Origin: an uncultured Oscillospiraceae bacterium
Lineage (GTDB): Bacteria; Bacillota; Clostridia; Oscillospirales; JAAYXM01
Reading direction: 5' to 3'
DNA: 64,000 nt
Assembly: GCA_934646115.1 (NCBI GenBank)
Contig: CAKUEM010000005.1
Location: 3,514 to 67,513 of the forward strand
In this document: piece after piece, positions 38,108 through 46,599 of the stretch
Layout of the letters: each line of letters begins with the position of its first letter
How positions within the stretch are numbered: position 1 is the stretch's first letter
Made by a program: the position numbers and the translations under genes
Notes under the pieces: generated by a model
Told to the model about the DNA's origin: nothing
Seen by the model: the letters and a program-made list of their open reading frames with translations, nothing else
Database searches by the model: none

Positions 38108-39805
38108 TTATGAGTGATGACGGCCGGGGACATGCAGAATATCCGCCTTGCCCTTCAGCAGACCGTTATACAAGGTCAAAATCGTCGGATTTTCCTCAGA
38201 GCGCTTGATTTGCGCAGTATTATCCGCGCCATACAGACCCTTCGCGCGCGCCGCGCGCACCTCCGCGTTCTGCGGAAGCGGCTGACCCGCGCCGCCGATG
38301 CAGCCGCCGGGGCATGCCATGACCTCGATGAAATCATAGCTGACCTCGCCGTTTTTCAGCTTTTTGATCAGATGATCTGCGTTTTTCAAGCCGTTTACGA
38401 TCGCAACGCGCAGCGTGCGCCCCTCGAAGTCAAGCGACAGCTCGCGGATGCCATGCATACCGCGCACCGGGGTAAACGCGATGTCGCGCAGGCTTTCTTT
38501 CGAATGATTCTGCGAGATCTGGCGAATGACCGATTCGGTCACGCCGCCGGTCACGCCGAAGATCACGCCCGCGCCGGAACCAAGTCCGAACGGCATATCC
38601 GCCGCCTCGTCCGGCAGCTCCTCGAAGCGGATGCCCGCCTCGTTGAGCATCATGCAAAGCTCCTGCGTGGTCAGCACGAAGTCTACATCGCGGCCGCCCT
38701 CCGTGGTAAACCCGGGCAGCTCCGCCTCCGCCTTCTTCGCGGTACACGGCATGATCGCCACGTTGACCGTAGTTCTGCCTTCCTCGCGGTCCAGCCCCTT
38801 AAAATGCTCTTTGATCACAACGCCGAACATCTCCATCGGCGAGCGGCAGGTCGATACATTTTCCATCAGCTCGGGGTATTTGCCCTTTACAAACTCAACC
38901 CAGCCCGGGCAGCAGGAAGTAAAGAGCGGCAGGTTCTTTTCCTCGCTCAGACGCTCTAAAAACTCGCGCGTTTCTTCGGTTACGGTCAGATCCGCGCCGA
39001 CCGTGGTATCATACACCTCGTCCACGCCCATTTTACGCAGCGCCGCGACCAGACGCCCCATGGTCTCGGTACCCGGCTTCTCGCCGAACTCCTCGCCGAT
39101 CGCCACGCGAACGGCGGGCGCGATCTGCACGATCACGCGCTTTTTCGGATCGTTGATCGCATCCCAAACCGCCTGATTTGCATTTTTGATCGTGAGCGCG
39201 CCGGTCGGACATACGCTGCGGCACTGACCACAGTTGACGCAGTTGCTCTCTGCCAGCGGCTTGCCGTATGCGGCGACGACCTCGATCGATGCGCCGCGGT
39301 TTGCGATACAGATCGCGCCGACGCCCTGCACCTCCTCGCACATGCGAACGCATTCGCCGCACATGATGCACTTATTCGGATCACGCACGATGGACGGCGA
39401 GGAATCATCCACCGGCTTTTTCTTCACACTCTTTTTAAAGCGCACGTCGCGCACGCCCATCGTGAGCGCAAGCTCCTGCAATTTGCAGCGGCTGCTTTTA
39501 ATACACGTTGTACAATCGCGGTCATGATTAGCGAGCAGCAGCTCTAAAATATTTCTGCGATATTTGCGCAGGCGCGGCGTGTTGGTAAACACGACCATGC
39601 CGTCGTAAGGGATAGTCGAGCAGGAGGTCATGATCCTTCCGCGCTCGTCCTCCACGATGCACATACGGCATGCGCCAAAGGTGGAAAGCTCTGAATGATA
39701 GCAGAAGGTAGGAAGCTCGATGCCCGCGCTGCGGATCACCTCGAGCAGGTTTTTCTCTTGATCAAATGCGGTTTTCACACCGTCAACCGTAACATAGCCT
39801 TTCAT
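38108..39805 (-). CDS. hydA: [FeFe]-hydrogenase catalytic subunit (bifurcating HydABC type)
   Basis: N-terminal 2Fe-2S and His-ligated cluster domains and 2x[4Fe-4S]. Canonical H-cluster motifs TSCCPGWVEF, MPCTAKKAEA and EVMACPGGCIGGAGQP. Confidence 0.93.
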   Translation of the reverse strand: MKGYVTVDGVKTAFDQEKNLLEVIRSAGIELPTFCYHSELSTFGACRMCIVEDERGRIMTSCSTIPYDGMVVFTNTPRLRKYRRNILELLLANHDRDCTTCIKSSRCKLQELALTMGVRDVRFKKSVKKKPVDDSSPSIVRDPNKCIMCGECVRMCEEVQGVGAICIANRGASIEVVAAYGKPLAESNCVNCGQCRSVCPTGALTIKNANQAVWDAINDPKKRVIVQIAPAVRVAIGEEFGEKPGTETMGRLVAALRKMGVDEVYDTTVGADLTVTEETREFLERLSEEKNLPLFTSCCPGWVEFVKGKYPELMENVSTCRSPMEMFGVVIKEHFKGLDREEGRTTVNVAIMPCTAKKAEAELPGFTTEGGRDVDFVLTTQELCMMLNEAGIRFEELPDEAADMPFGLGSGAGVIFGVTGGVTESVIRQISQNHSKESLRDIAFTPVRGMHGIRELSLDFEGRTLRVAIVNGLKNADHLIKKLKNGEVSYDFIEVMACPGGCIGGAGQPLPQNAEVRAARAKGLYGADNTAQIKRSEENPTILTLYNGLLKGKADILHVPGRHHS

Positions 39806-39808
39806 GCG

Positions 39809-41683
39809 TTAACCTCCTATGACAGCGCCGAACGGGCAAGCTTCCACACACGCTCCGCACTTGATACACACGTTCTCATCAATGTGGAACGGCTCTTTGA
39901 TCTTACCCGAAATTGCCCCGACCGGACATACCTTGGAGCATTTTGAACAGCCGCGGCACTTATCCGCCGCGATCGACATCGGCATCAGCGCCTTACATAC
40001 GCCGGCCGGGCAGCGCTTTTCAAGGATGTGCGCCTCATATTCCTCTCTGAAATACTTCAGCGTAGACAGCACCGGGCTTGCGGCGGATTTGCCCAGACCG
40101 CACAGCGCGGTCACGCTGATCGTTTCGCCAAGCTCAAGCAGCATATCGATATCGCCCGGTTCGCCTTCGCCCGCAACGATCCGCTCAAGGATCTCAAGCA
40201 TGCGCTTTGTGCCCTCGCGGCACGGGATGCACTTTCCGCAGGACTCATTCTGCGTGAAATTCATGAAGAAGCGCGCGATCTCGACCATGCAGGTATCCTC
40301 ATCCAGCACGACCAGACCGCCCGAGCCGATCATCGCGCCAACGCTCGCCAGCGAGTCAAAATCGAGCGGCATATCGAGGTATTCCTCCGGCAGACAGCCG
40401 CCGCTCGGACCGCCGATCTGCACCGCTTTAAACTTCTTGCCGTTTTTAATGCCGCCGCAGATATCAAACACGATCTCGCGCATCGTCGTTCCCATCGGGA
40501 CCTCGATCAGGCCCGTCGTTTCCACATTGCCCGTCACGGCAAACGCCTTCGTACCCGGGCTGTTCTCCGTGCCGATGCTGCGGAACCAATCCGCGCCTTT
40601 TAAGATGATATTCGGGACGTTTGCAAAAGTTTCTACATTATTTAAAACCGTCGGCTTGCCGAACAGACCCGCCTCGACCGTGCGCGGCGGCTTGACGCGC
40701 GGCATACCGCGCTCGCCCTCGATAGACGCGGTCAATGCGCTGCCCTCGCCGCAGACGAATGCGCCCGCGCCCTGATTGACCTGAAGGTCAAACTTTTTGC
40801 CGCTGCCGAGGATGTCCTCGCCCAGAAGCCCGGCCTCATGCGCCTCCGCGATCGCCTGCTTTAACCGCGTGACCGCGAGCGGATACTCCGCGCGCACATA
40901 CACATAGCCATACTCCGCGCCGACCGCGAGCCCCGCGATGATCATCCCTTCGATGATCCGGTGCGGGTCGCCCTCGAGCAGCGACCGGTCCATAAATGCG
41001 CCGGGGTCGCCCTCGTCGCCGTTACATACCACATATTTCGGGAAATTCGGCTGACGGCGCACCTGCGTCCACTTCCGACCCGCCGGAAAGCCGCCGCCGC
41101 CGCGCCCGCGCAGCCCCGAATCGCTGACGATTTTGCAAATTTCGTCGCCGCTGAGCGAATCCAGACATTTCGCAACCGCCGAATAGCCGCCGCGCGCAAT
41201 ATATTCCGGAAGCGAATTCACGTCCGCCTCGCCGCAGTTTTCCAGCGAAAGGCGAACCTGCTTCTCATAAAACGGGATCCCGTGATATTTCTCAAATGTG
41301 CCGTTTCCGTTATGATAAAAAAGACGCTCGACCGGGCGCTTTTCGATCATCGTCTGCGTGACGATATCCTCGCAGTCCTCCAACGTCACCTTGGTATAAA
41401 GCCAATCCTGCGGCTTAATAATGACGACCGGACCGTTTTCGCAAAACCCGTGACATGCGCTTTCATGCACGCCGATCCCGCCGCAGTCATGCACGTCGAT
41501 CGAAACGCAAACGTCAAGCCCACGCTCCCGCGCGAGGTCGCGCAGCCGCTCATAAATTTTCACCGAGCCGCCGGCAACGCAGCCTGTTCCGCCGCAGACG
41601 AGCACGCGCATGGACAGCGCGTCGAGCGCCTTATTATACTGGCTTCGCAGGTTCATTAAATTATCAGTCGATGTAATTCTCAT
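39809..41683 (-). CDS. hydB: NuoF-like NADH-binding flavoprotein subunit of the hydrogenase
   Basis: GRGGGGFPAGRKW, CNGDEGDPGAF, ESCGKCIPCREG and C-terminal 2x[4Fe-4S] CRGCSKCSKVCP/CIKCGACVEACP. Confidence 0.92.
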   Translation of the reverse strand: MRITSTDNLMNLRSQYNKALDALSMRVLVCGGTGCVAGGSVKIYERLRDLARERGLDVCVSIDVHDCGGIGVHESACHGFCENGPVVIIKPQDWLYTKVTLEDCEDIVTQTMIEKRPVERLFYHNGNGTFEKYHGIPFYEKQVRLSLENCGEADVNSLPEYIARGGYSAVAKCLDSLSGDEICKIVSDSGLRGRGGGGFPAGRKWTQVRRQPNFPKYVVCNGDEGDPGAFMDRSLLEGDPHRIIEGMIIAGLAVGAEYGYVYVRAEYPLAVTRLKQAIAEAHEAGLLGEDILGSGKKFDLQVNQGAGAFVCGEGSALTASIEGERGMPRVKPPRTVEAGLFGKPTVLNNVETFANVPNIILKGADWFRSIGTENSPGTKAFAVTGNVETTGLIEVPMGTTMREIVFDICGGIKNGKKFKAVQIGGPSGGCLPEEYLDMPLDFDSLASVGAMIGSGGLVVLDEDTCMVEIARFFMNFTQNESCGKCIPCREGTKRMLEILERIVAGEGEPGDIDMLLELGETISVTALCGLGKSAASPVLSTLKYFREEYEAHILEKRCPAGVCKALMPMSIAADKCRGCSKCSKVCPVGAISGKIKEPFHIDENVCIKCGACVEACPFGAVIGG

Positions 41684-41700
41684 GGCAATGCTCCATTTCC

Positions 41701-42180
41701 TTAAACTTCTTCCGCCGCACGCATCGACTCAATGAGTTCCACGGCGTATTCCGGCGTGACCTTCGAATGAACGGTGTCGTTGATCATCATGACCGGCGCA
41801 AGACCGCATGCGCCAAGACATGACACGGTCTCCAACGTGAAGAGCATGTCATCCGAGGTGGTTTTGCCCTCAGAGAGCGCCAGCTTCTCCTTCAGCGCAT
41901 TTAAGATCGGGATCGAATGCTTGACGTGGCAAGCCGTTCCGTCACAAATGCGGATGATGTATTTGCCCTTCGGCTTGAGGGAAAAGTTTTCATAAAATGT
42001 TGCAATGCTATAGATTTTCGCCGGAGTCATGTCCAGCTTTGCGGAGAGGTGGTTGAGCGCCTCCTCCGGCAGATAGCGGAATTCCTTCTGCACGTCCTGG
42101 AGGATCGCAATGATATTCTGCTTGCTCGTATGGTGCGCGCGGATGATATCATCGACAACGGATAAATCGATCGTACTCAT
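41701..42180 (-). CDS. hydC: NuoE-like [2Fe-2S] subunit of the hydrogenase
   Basis: 159 aa. ..IRICDGTACHVKHS..VSCLGACGLAPVMMIND.. Confidence 0.92.
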   Translation of the reverse strand: MSTIDLSVVDDIIRAHHTSKQNIIAILQDVQKEFRYLPEEALNHLSAKLDMTPAKIYSIATFYENFSLKPKGKYIIRICDGTACHVKHSIPILNALKEKLALSEGKTTSDDMLFTLETVSCLGACGLAPVMMINDTVHSKVTPEYAVELIESMRAAEEV

Positions 42181-42214
42181 GCTTTGCTCCTTCCAAATAC
42201 GAATATCGTCTGGG

Positions 42215-42232
42215 TTGTTAAAGAAATCACAA
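42215..42232. promoter_or_regulatory. Rex-box-like palindrome TTGTTAA-AGAA-ATCACAA upstream of hydC
   Basis: 16 of 18 positions match TTGTGAA-N4-TTCACAA. It lies 35-52 nt upstream of the hydC ATG. Confidence 0.5.
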
Positions 42233-42308
42233 TGGTATTTTACAACATATTTAAAAAAAGTTCAAGACGCAATATCGACCAAGAATCCCCTATTACGACA
42301 TGCCCTTT

Positions 42309-42989
42309 TTATTCATATTTTGTCGATTCCTCCACCAGAACCGCGCGGCACGGCGCGCACGACGTGTTTTCCACCGCGAGCGGCAGCGCAAACAGCCGAT
42401 ACCGCGCAAGCTCCGCGCGTTCTAAATTCACGCAGGGCGCAAGCATCAGCACGTCTGCGGCATAAAATTTCGGGAAAAAACCCTCCGGATTTTCTAAATT
42501 CTCCCATCGTGGAAAATCCGTTCCCAAAATTGAAGGTTTCTGCGCGAGCAGCCAATCGATCGCGTCATGGGTAAAATAGGGCGACGCATCCAAAAACGCG
42601 GGCGCGCGCCAGTGCTTTCCCCAATCGGCGCAGACCAGGATCGCATCCCCCTCGCGCAGCAGCGCCGCGCCCGGCGCATGGGCAAGCGCCTCCGCCGTGA
42701 CCGGGCGGCGCACGCCGTCCATTGAAAACGACGGAAGCCGCAGCACGACCGCCGGAACATTCGCAATGCGCGAAAGCGCAACCTGTTCAAGCGGATAAGA
42801 GCGCTCGCCCAAAAGATGCGCCGGTGTTTCCAGATACGTCCCGGTTTGCGAATGCAGCCCGTCAAAAATTTCGCAGTATACCTGCGTTTCCACCCAATCC
42901 ACCTGCGGCAGTGGGCGGATATTGACCCGCGGAAACGGCGGCTCATAGTTCCACATTCCGTTATAAATTTTACCCGTGATATCGATCAT
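42309..42989 (-). CDS. Putative cyclase / kynurenine-formamidase-like family protein
   Basis: 226 aa. ..FDGLHSQTGTYLETPAHL.. resembles the HxGTHxDxPxH motif region of the cyclase family. Confidence 0.55.
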   Translation of the reverse strand: MIDITGKIYNGMWNYEPPFPRVNIRPLPQVDWVETQVYCEIFDGLHSQTGTYLETPAHLLGERSYPLEQVALSRIANVPAVVLRLPSFSMDGVRRPVTAEALAHAPGAALLREGDAILVCADWGKHWRAPAFLDASPYFTHDAIDWLLAQKPSILGTDFPRWENLENPEGFFPKFYAADVLMLAPCVNLERAELARYRLFALPLAVENTSCAPCRAVLVEESTKYE

Positions 42990-43057
42990 AACCTATCCCC
43001 TTTCGCGGCAAAGCAAAGCGGCGCCAAGCGCCGCTTTGCTTTGCTATATGCGCTCCG

Positions 43058-43768
43058 CTACATTTCACAAAGCATCTGCAAAAAGTGCTCTGTCACTTCC
43101 TGCTGCGCATCGCCCGGCAAATAAGCCGCAAGCGAAAAATACCCATCAAACCCGCGCGCAAGAAGCGCGGACGCGCATTCCTTCACCTCCGCATTTCCAT
43201 GCCCGGGCAGTACCGGTTTCGCGCCGTCATACAGCGCGTCATTCACGCGCAGCATGCGGATATCATTGCGGTATTTGTTTTTATACATCACCTGCAAAAA
43301 CGGATTTCTGCCCTCCTGCACATACGCCGCCGGGTTAAAGATCAGCCCCGTATTGTCCGCGCGCAGCCTGCCATAGCACGCCGCGTCAAAGCACGCGCAC
43401 GCGCCGCCCGGTTCAAACACAACCTGCAGATCAAGCGCCGCCGCCATCGCGATCACCTCGCGCAGCTGCTCAAGCGTCTGCTCGGAAACGTCGCGCAGCG
43501 CCGCAAGATCAAGCTTTATGTATTCCACATGCAGCAGCGCGCACGCGCGAAATGCGCGCAGATAGGCCGCCTTGTCAGAAAACGGGATCGACAGCGTGTA
43601 CAGCACGATACGCTGCATCGTGCCGATCAGCTCCTCGCGCACATCCTCGAGCTGATCCGGCGTCATCTCCGCAAGCGGCGCGCCGAAAAATCCATCCGCG
43701 ATCTCAAGGTTTGGAATGCCGCTATACGGCGCCTCGTCCGCGCGGAGCTCCACAGAAAAACGATACAT
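43058..43768 (-). CDS. Xylose-isomerase-like TIM-barrel (sugar phosphate isomerase/epimerase family) protein
   Basis: About 236 aa from MYRFSVEL. The ATG shares a base with the upstream TAA stop. The weak family call rests on overall pattern (..LQVVFEPGG.., ..GHGNAEVKE..). Confidence 0.45.
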   Translation of the reverse strand: MYRFSVELRADEAPYSGIPNLEIADGFFGAPLAEMTPDQLEDVREELIGTMQRIVLYTLSIPFSDKAAYLRAFRACALLHVEYIKLDLAALRDVSEQTLEQLREVIAMAAALDLQVVFEPGGACACFDAACYGRLRADNTGLIFNPAAYVQEGRNPFLQVMYKNKYRNDIRMLRVNDALYDGAKPVLPGHGNAEVKECASALLARGFDGYFSLAAYLPGDAQQEVTEHFLQMLCEM

Positions 43769-44559
43769 TATGCCTGCACCTCCCCGCGGAATTTTTGATG
43801 CGCCTGTGCGCAATATTCGCACGCCGCATTGTCGCACATGAAGAACATCGGCTCATTCTGAAGGATCTCAAGCCCCAAATCGATCATTTTTGCCGCGTCG
43901 ATCACCTTGACCACCGCGCGCCCGCAGCGCCCCTCGGTCAGCGCGCCCGCACGCCGCAGAACCGGCGTAAAGCGCAGGAAATCGCGATGCCCGGGCGGGA
44001 ATTTTTTTATAAGAACCGTTTTGCTTCTAAAATCCTCCACATAGACCGGCGCGGGCAGCGAAAGTTCCTCCAAATAGCAGGAATCCATCAAGTCCTCGAT
44101 CGCGTGGAGCGTGGTGTTTCGATTCATGTCGACCCCAAGCAGAACGACCTTTCCGCCCATATCCCGAAGCTTTAAATAGGGCGAGCCCTCGCCGCAGCCG
44201 GTCGTTTCACCGTGCCCGGCGCAAAGCTCCTCCGCCCGCGCGCCCAGCGCAACGATCGAATGCACCGGATGCCAACTGCGCTGCGCCCCGGGGCGCGCGC
44301 GCATCGTTTCTGAAATTTTGCCCACGGTGGACGGCGTGCGCGCCGGGTCGAACGCCTCCGTCTCTGAAATTGCAAGCGTGGAAGCGGCAAACGTTCCCTC
44401 CGGACCGAGCACATCAAGCACCGCGTCGATCACCGCGTCCGCGCCGCCCTCCACAAAGCCAATGCTGGAAAGGGAGCTGTGCATCAGGATAACATCGCCG
44501 CGCGAAATGCCGCAAAGGCTTAAATCAAAAGCAATTTGCTCGCGTGTCACTGTGTTCAT
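43768..44559 (-). CDS. AAC(3)-family (aminoglycoside 3-N-acetyltransferase-like) protein
   Basis: ..GISRGDVILMHSSLSSIGFVEGGADAVIDAVLDVLGPEGT..SWHPVHS..GEGSPY..GGKVVLLGV..NTTLHAIE.. Confidence 0.75.
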   Translation of the reverse strand: MNTVTREQIAFDLSLCGISRGDVILMHSSLSSIGFVEGGADAVIDAVLDVLGPEGTFAASTLAISETEAFDPARTPSTVGKISETMRARPGAQRSWHPVHSIVALGARAEELCAGHGETTGCGEGSPYLKLRDMGGKVVLLGVDMNRNTTLHAIEDLMDSCYLEELSLPAPVYVEDFRSKTVLIKKFPPGHRDFLRFTPVLRRAGALTEGRCGRAVVKVIDAAKMIDLGLEILQNEPMFFMCDNAACEYCAQAHQKFRGEVQA

Positions 44560-44706
44560 GCGTAAGACAACCTCCTCATTTCATTGGATTTCTGCCTAAA
44601 TTATAGCATATTATTTTGGATTTTTATAGACATTTCATGCAAAAAAAATTATCATTTTTTACACAATGTGCCTGGCAGTATCATAACAGGTCGGCGCAGT
44701 CTGTAC

Positions 44707-44735
44707 TTGACAGAAGGCGAAAATTTGAGTACCAT
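44707..44735 (+). promoter_or_regulatory. Candidate sigmaA promoter (TTGACA-17-TACCAT) for the glycolipid synthase / plsY pair
   Basis: TTGACA at 44707-44712, TACCAT at 44730-44735. AAAGGAGG RBS at the gene start. Confidence 0.45.
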
Positions 44736-44757
44736 CTAAAGCAAAGGAGGCGGGCGT

Positions 44758-45858
44758 ATGAATATTTTAATTCTTTCGTGCAACACCGGCGAGGGACATA
44801 ACGCCGCGGGCCGCGCGATCCTGCATGAGCTGCAGCGCCGCCATATTCCCTGCGAGATGGCGGACGCGCTCCATTTCGCGGGCGACCGGGTCTCGCGCCG
44901 CATCTCAAGCAGTTATACCGCGATCACCACCCGGGCTCCGACCGTATTTCGCGCCATGTACCGCGCGGGCGATTTTATCAGCTCAAGCCGGCATAAATCC
45001 CCGGTTTATCTGCTCAATCGCCTGTATCAAGGCGCGGTTTTGGATTATATCCGTGCGCACCGTATCACCTGCGTGGTCATGCCGCATCTGTTCCCCGCGC
45101 AAACGTTGACCGCGCTTCGCCACGAGCATGGGCTTACCATCCCCACGCTCGCGGTCGCGACGGATTACACCTGCATCCCGTTCTGGGAGGAGACCGAGAC
45201 GGACCGCTATGTCATCCCGCATCCCGCGCTTGCGCAGGAATTTATCGCAAAGGGGATTCCGGCGGATAAGCTGCTGCCTTATGGCATCCCGGTCGAGCGC
45301 GCGGTATTTGAAAAAGAGGATCGCGCGCAGGCGCGCGCGGCGCTTGGTCTTGCGCCGGATCGCCCGGTGTTTCTCATTATGTCGGGCAGCATGGGCTATG
45401 GCGATCTCTCGGCGCTGGTATCCTCCTATTCCGGCGAGGCGCAGCTCGTGGTTCTGTGCGGGCGCAACGAAAAGCTGCGGCGCTCGCTTTCCGCGCTGCG
45501 GCGCGATGTGGTGCTCGTGCCATTTACGCAAGACGTGCCGCGCTATCTCTCCGCGGCGGACGTTCTGTTCACCAAGCCCGGCGGGCTGACCAGTACGGAG
45601 GCGGCGGTGCATAATATTCCGCTTGTGCATACCGCGCCGATCCCCGGCTGCGAAACGCGCAATGCAGAATTTTTTGTATCGCGCGGGCTGTCTTTGTTTG
45701 GAAAATCCGCGCCCGATGCGCTGGAAGCGGCGGATACGCTGCTTCACGATGCGGCGTTGCGCGGGCGCATGCTTTCTGCGCAGCGCGCGGAGATCAACCC
45801 GCACGCATGCGAGCAGATCTGTAACTGGATCGTCGCGCACGCGGAGGGCAGGGCATGA
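44758..45858 (+). CDS. MGDG-synthase-like diacylglycerol glycosyltransferase (GT28)
   Basis: MNILILSCNTGEGHNAAGRAI.. N-terminal domain and ..LFTKPGGLTSTEAAVHNIPLV.. C-terminal domain. Confidence 0.8.
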   Translation: MNILILSCNTGEGHNAAGRAILHELQRRHIPCEMADALHFAGDRVSRRISSSYTAITTRAPTVFRAMYRAGDFISSSRHKSPVYLLNRLYQGAVLDYIRAHRITCVVMPHLFPAQTLTALRHEHGLTIPTLAVATDYTCIPFWEETETDRYVIPHPALAQEFIAKGIPADKLLPYGIPVERAVFEKEDRAQARAALGLAPDRPVFLIMSGSMGYGDLSALVSSYSGEAQLVVLCGRNEKLRRSLSALRRDVVLVPFTQDVPRYLSAADVLFTKPGGLTSTEAAVHNIPLVHTAPIPGCETRNAEFFVSRGLSLFGKSAPDALEAADTLLHDAALRGRMLSAQRAEINPHACEQICNWIVAHAEGRA

Positions 45859-46475
45859 GCGCGGCGCTTTTGTGGACAGGGGTCGGTTATCTTTCGGGCG
45901 GGATGCTGTTTTCGCAGTGGCTTCCGCTTCTGGTGTATCACATCGATGTGATCGCGCAAAGCCCGGATCACAATCCGGGCACGGCAAACGCCATGCGCCT
46001 GACCAATGTGATGTTCGGGCTGCTCTGCCTTGCGCTTGAGCTTTTAAAGGGCGCGCTTCCGGTCTATTTTGCCGCGCGCACGGTCGATCCGCGCTCTTTT
46101 CTCTTTTGCCCGGTGCTGGTTGCGCCGGTGCTCGGGCATGCGTTTTCGCCCTATTTGCGGCTGCACGGCGGCAAAGCGATCGCGGTGTCGTTCGGCGTTC
46201 TGCTCGGCTTTTCGCCCTACAGCCGCATGGTATTTTCGCTTGCCGCGGCGCTTGTGTTTTTCTCTACCGTCCTGCGCATCTCCCCAAATGCCTGGCGCGT
46301 TTGTGTGTCGTATCTGTGCTTTTGCGCGCTCTGCCTTTTGATCGGCTCGCCGACCGCCATGGTGGAGGCGGGGCTGATCTCCTGCATCGTGATTGCAAAG
46401 CATGTTCGCGATTGCGCGCATTGTGCGCCGTCTATTTCGTTTTTACGCTGGGAATACCCTATGCGCAAGCAATAG
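45855..46475 (+). CDS. plsY: Glycerol-3-phosphate acyltransferase PlsY family
   Basis: 206 aa, 5-6 TM segments. ..DHNPGTANAMR..LLKGALPV..GHAFSPYLRLHGGKAIAVSFG.. Overlaps the upstream gene by 4 nt. Confidence 0.75.
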   Translation: MSAALLWTGVGYLSGGMLFSQWLPLLVYHIDVIAQSPDHNPGTANAMRLTNVMFGLLCLALELLKGALPVYFAARTVDPRSFLFCPVLVAPVLGHAFSPYLRLHGGKAIAVSFGVLLGFSPYSRMVFSLAAALVFFSTVLRISPNAWRVCVSYLCFCALCLLIGSPTAMVEAGLISCIVIAKHVRDCAHCAPSISFLRWEYPMRKQ

Positions 46476-46548
46476 ACTCTCAAAACGCGCCGCCTGTTTT
46501 CGGGCGCGCCGTATATCCGCGCAAAGCCAAAGCTTATCTCTTTATATG

Positions 46549-46581
46549 AAAAAACGGATGGCAATTTGCCATCCGTTTTTG
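46549..46581. terminator. Bidirectional terminator (cggatggcaa/ttgccatccg)
   Basis: A-run before and T-run after. It lies between plsY (+) and the ABC-F gene (-). Confidence 0.8.
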
Positions 46582-46599
46582 TATTATCAGAATTATATA

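Noticed and set aside
42233-42266. SigmaA promoter for hydCBA (TTGAAC plus TAAAAA/AAAAAT).
   Set aside because: The -35 hexamer is good, but the -10 is ambiguous. TAAAAA at 17-nt spacing lacks the invariant final T, and AAAAAT needs 19-nt spacing. It is mentioned only as context for the Rex-like site.
43768-44559. AAC(3)-like gene as an acquired aminoglycoside-resistance determinant.
   Set aside because: The composition looks native. There are no flanking IS or integron features, and the gene is embedded in an operon with metabolic-looking genes. Resistance function cannot be asserted without a database match or phenotype.
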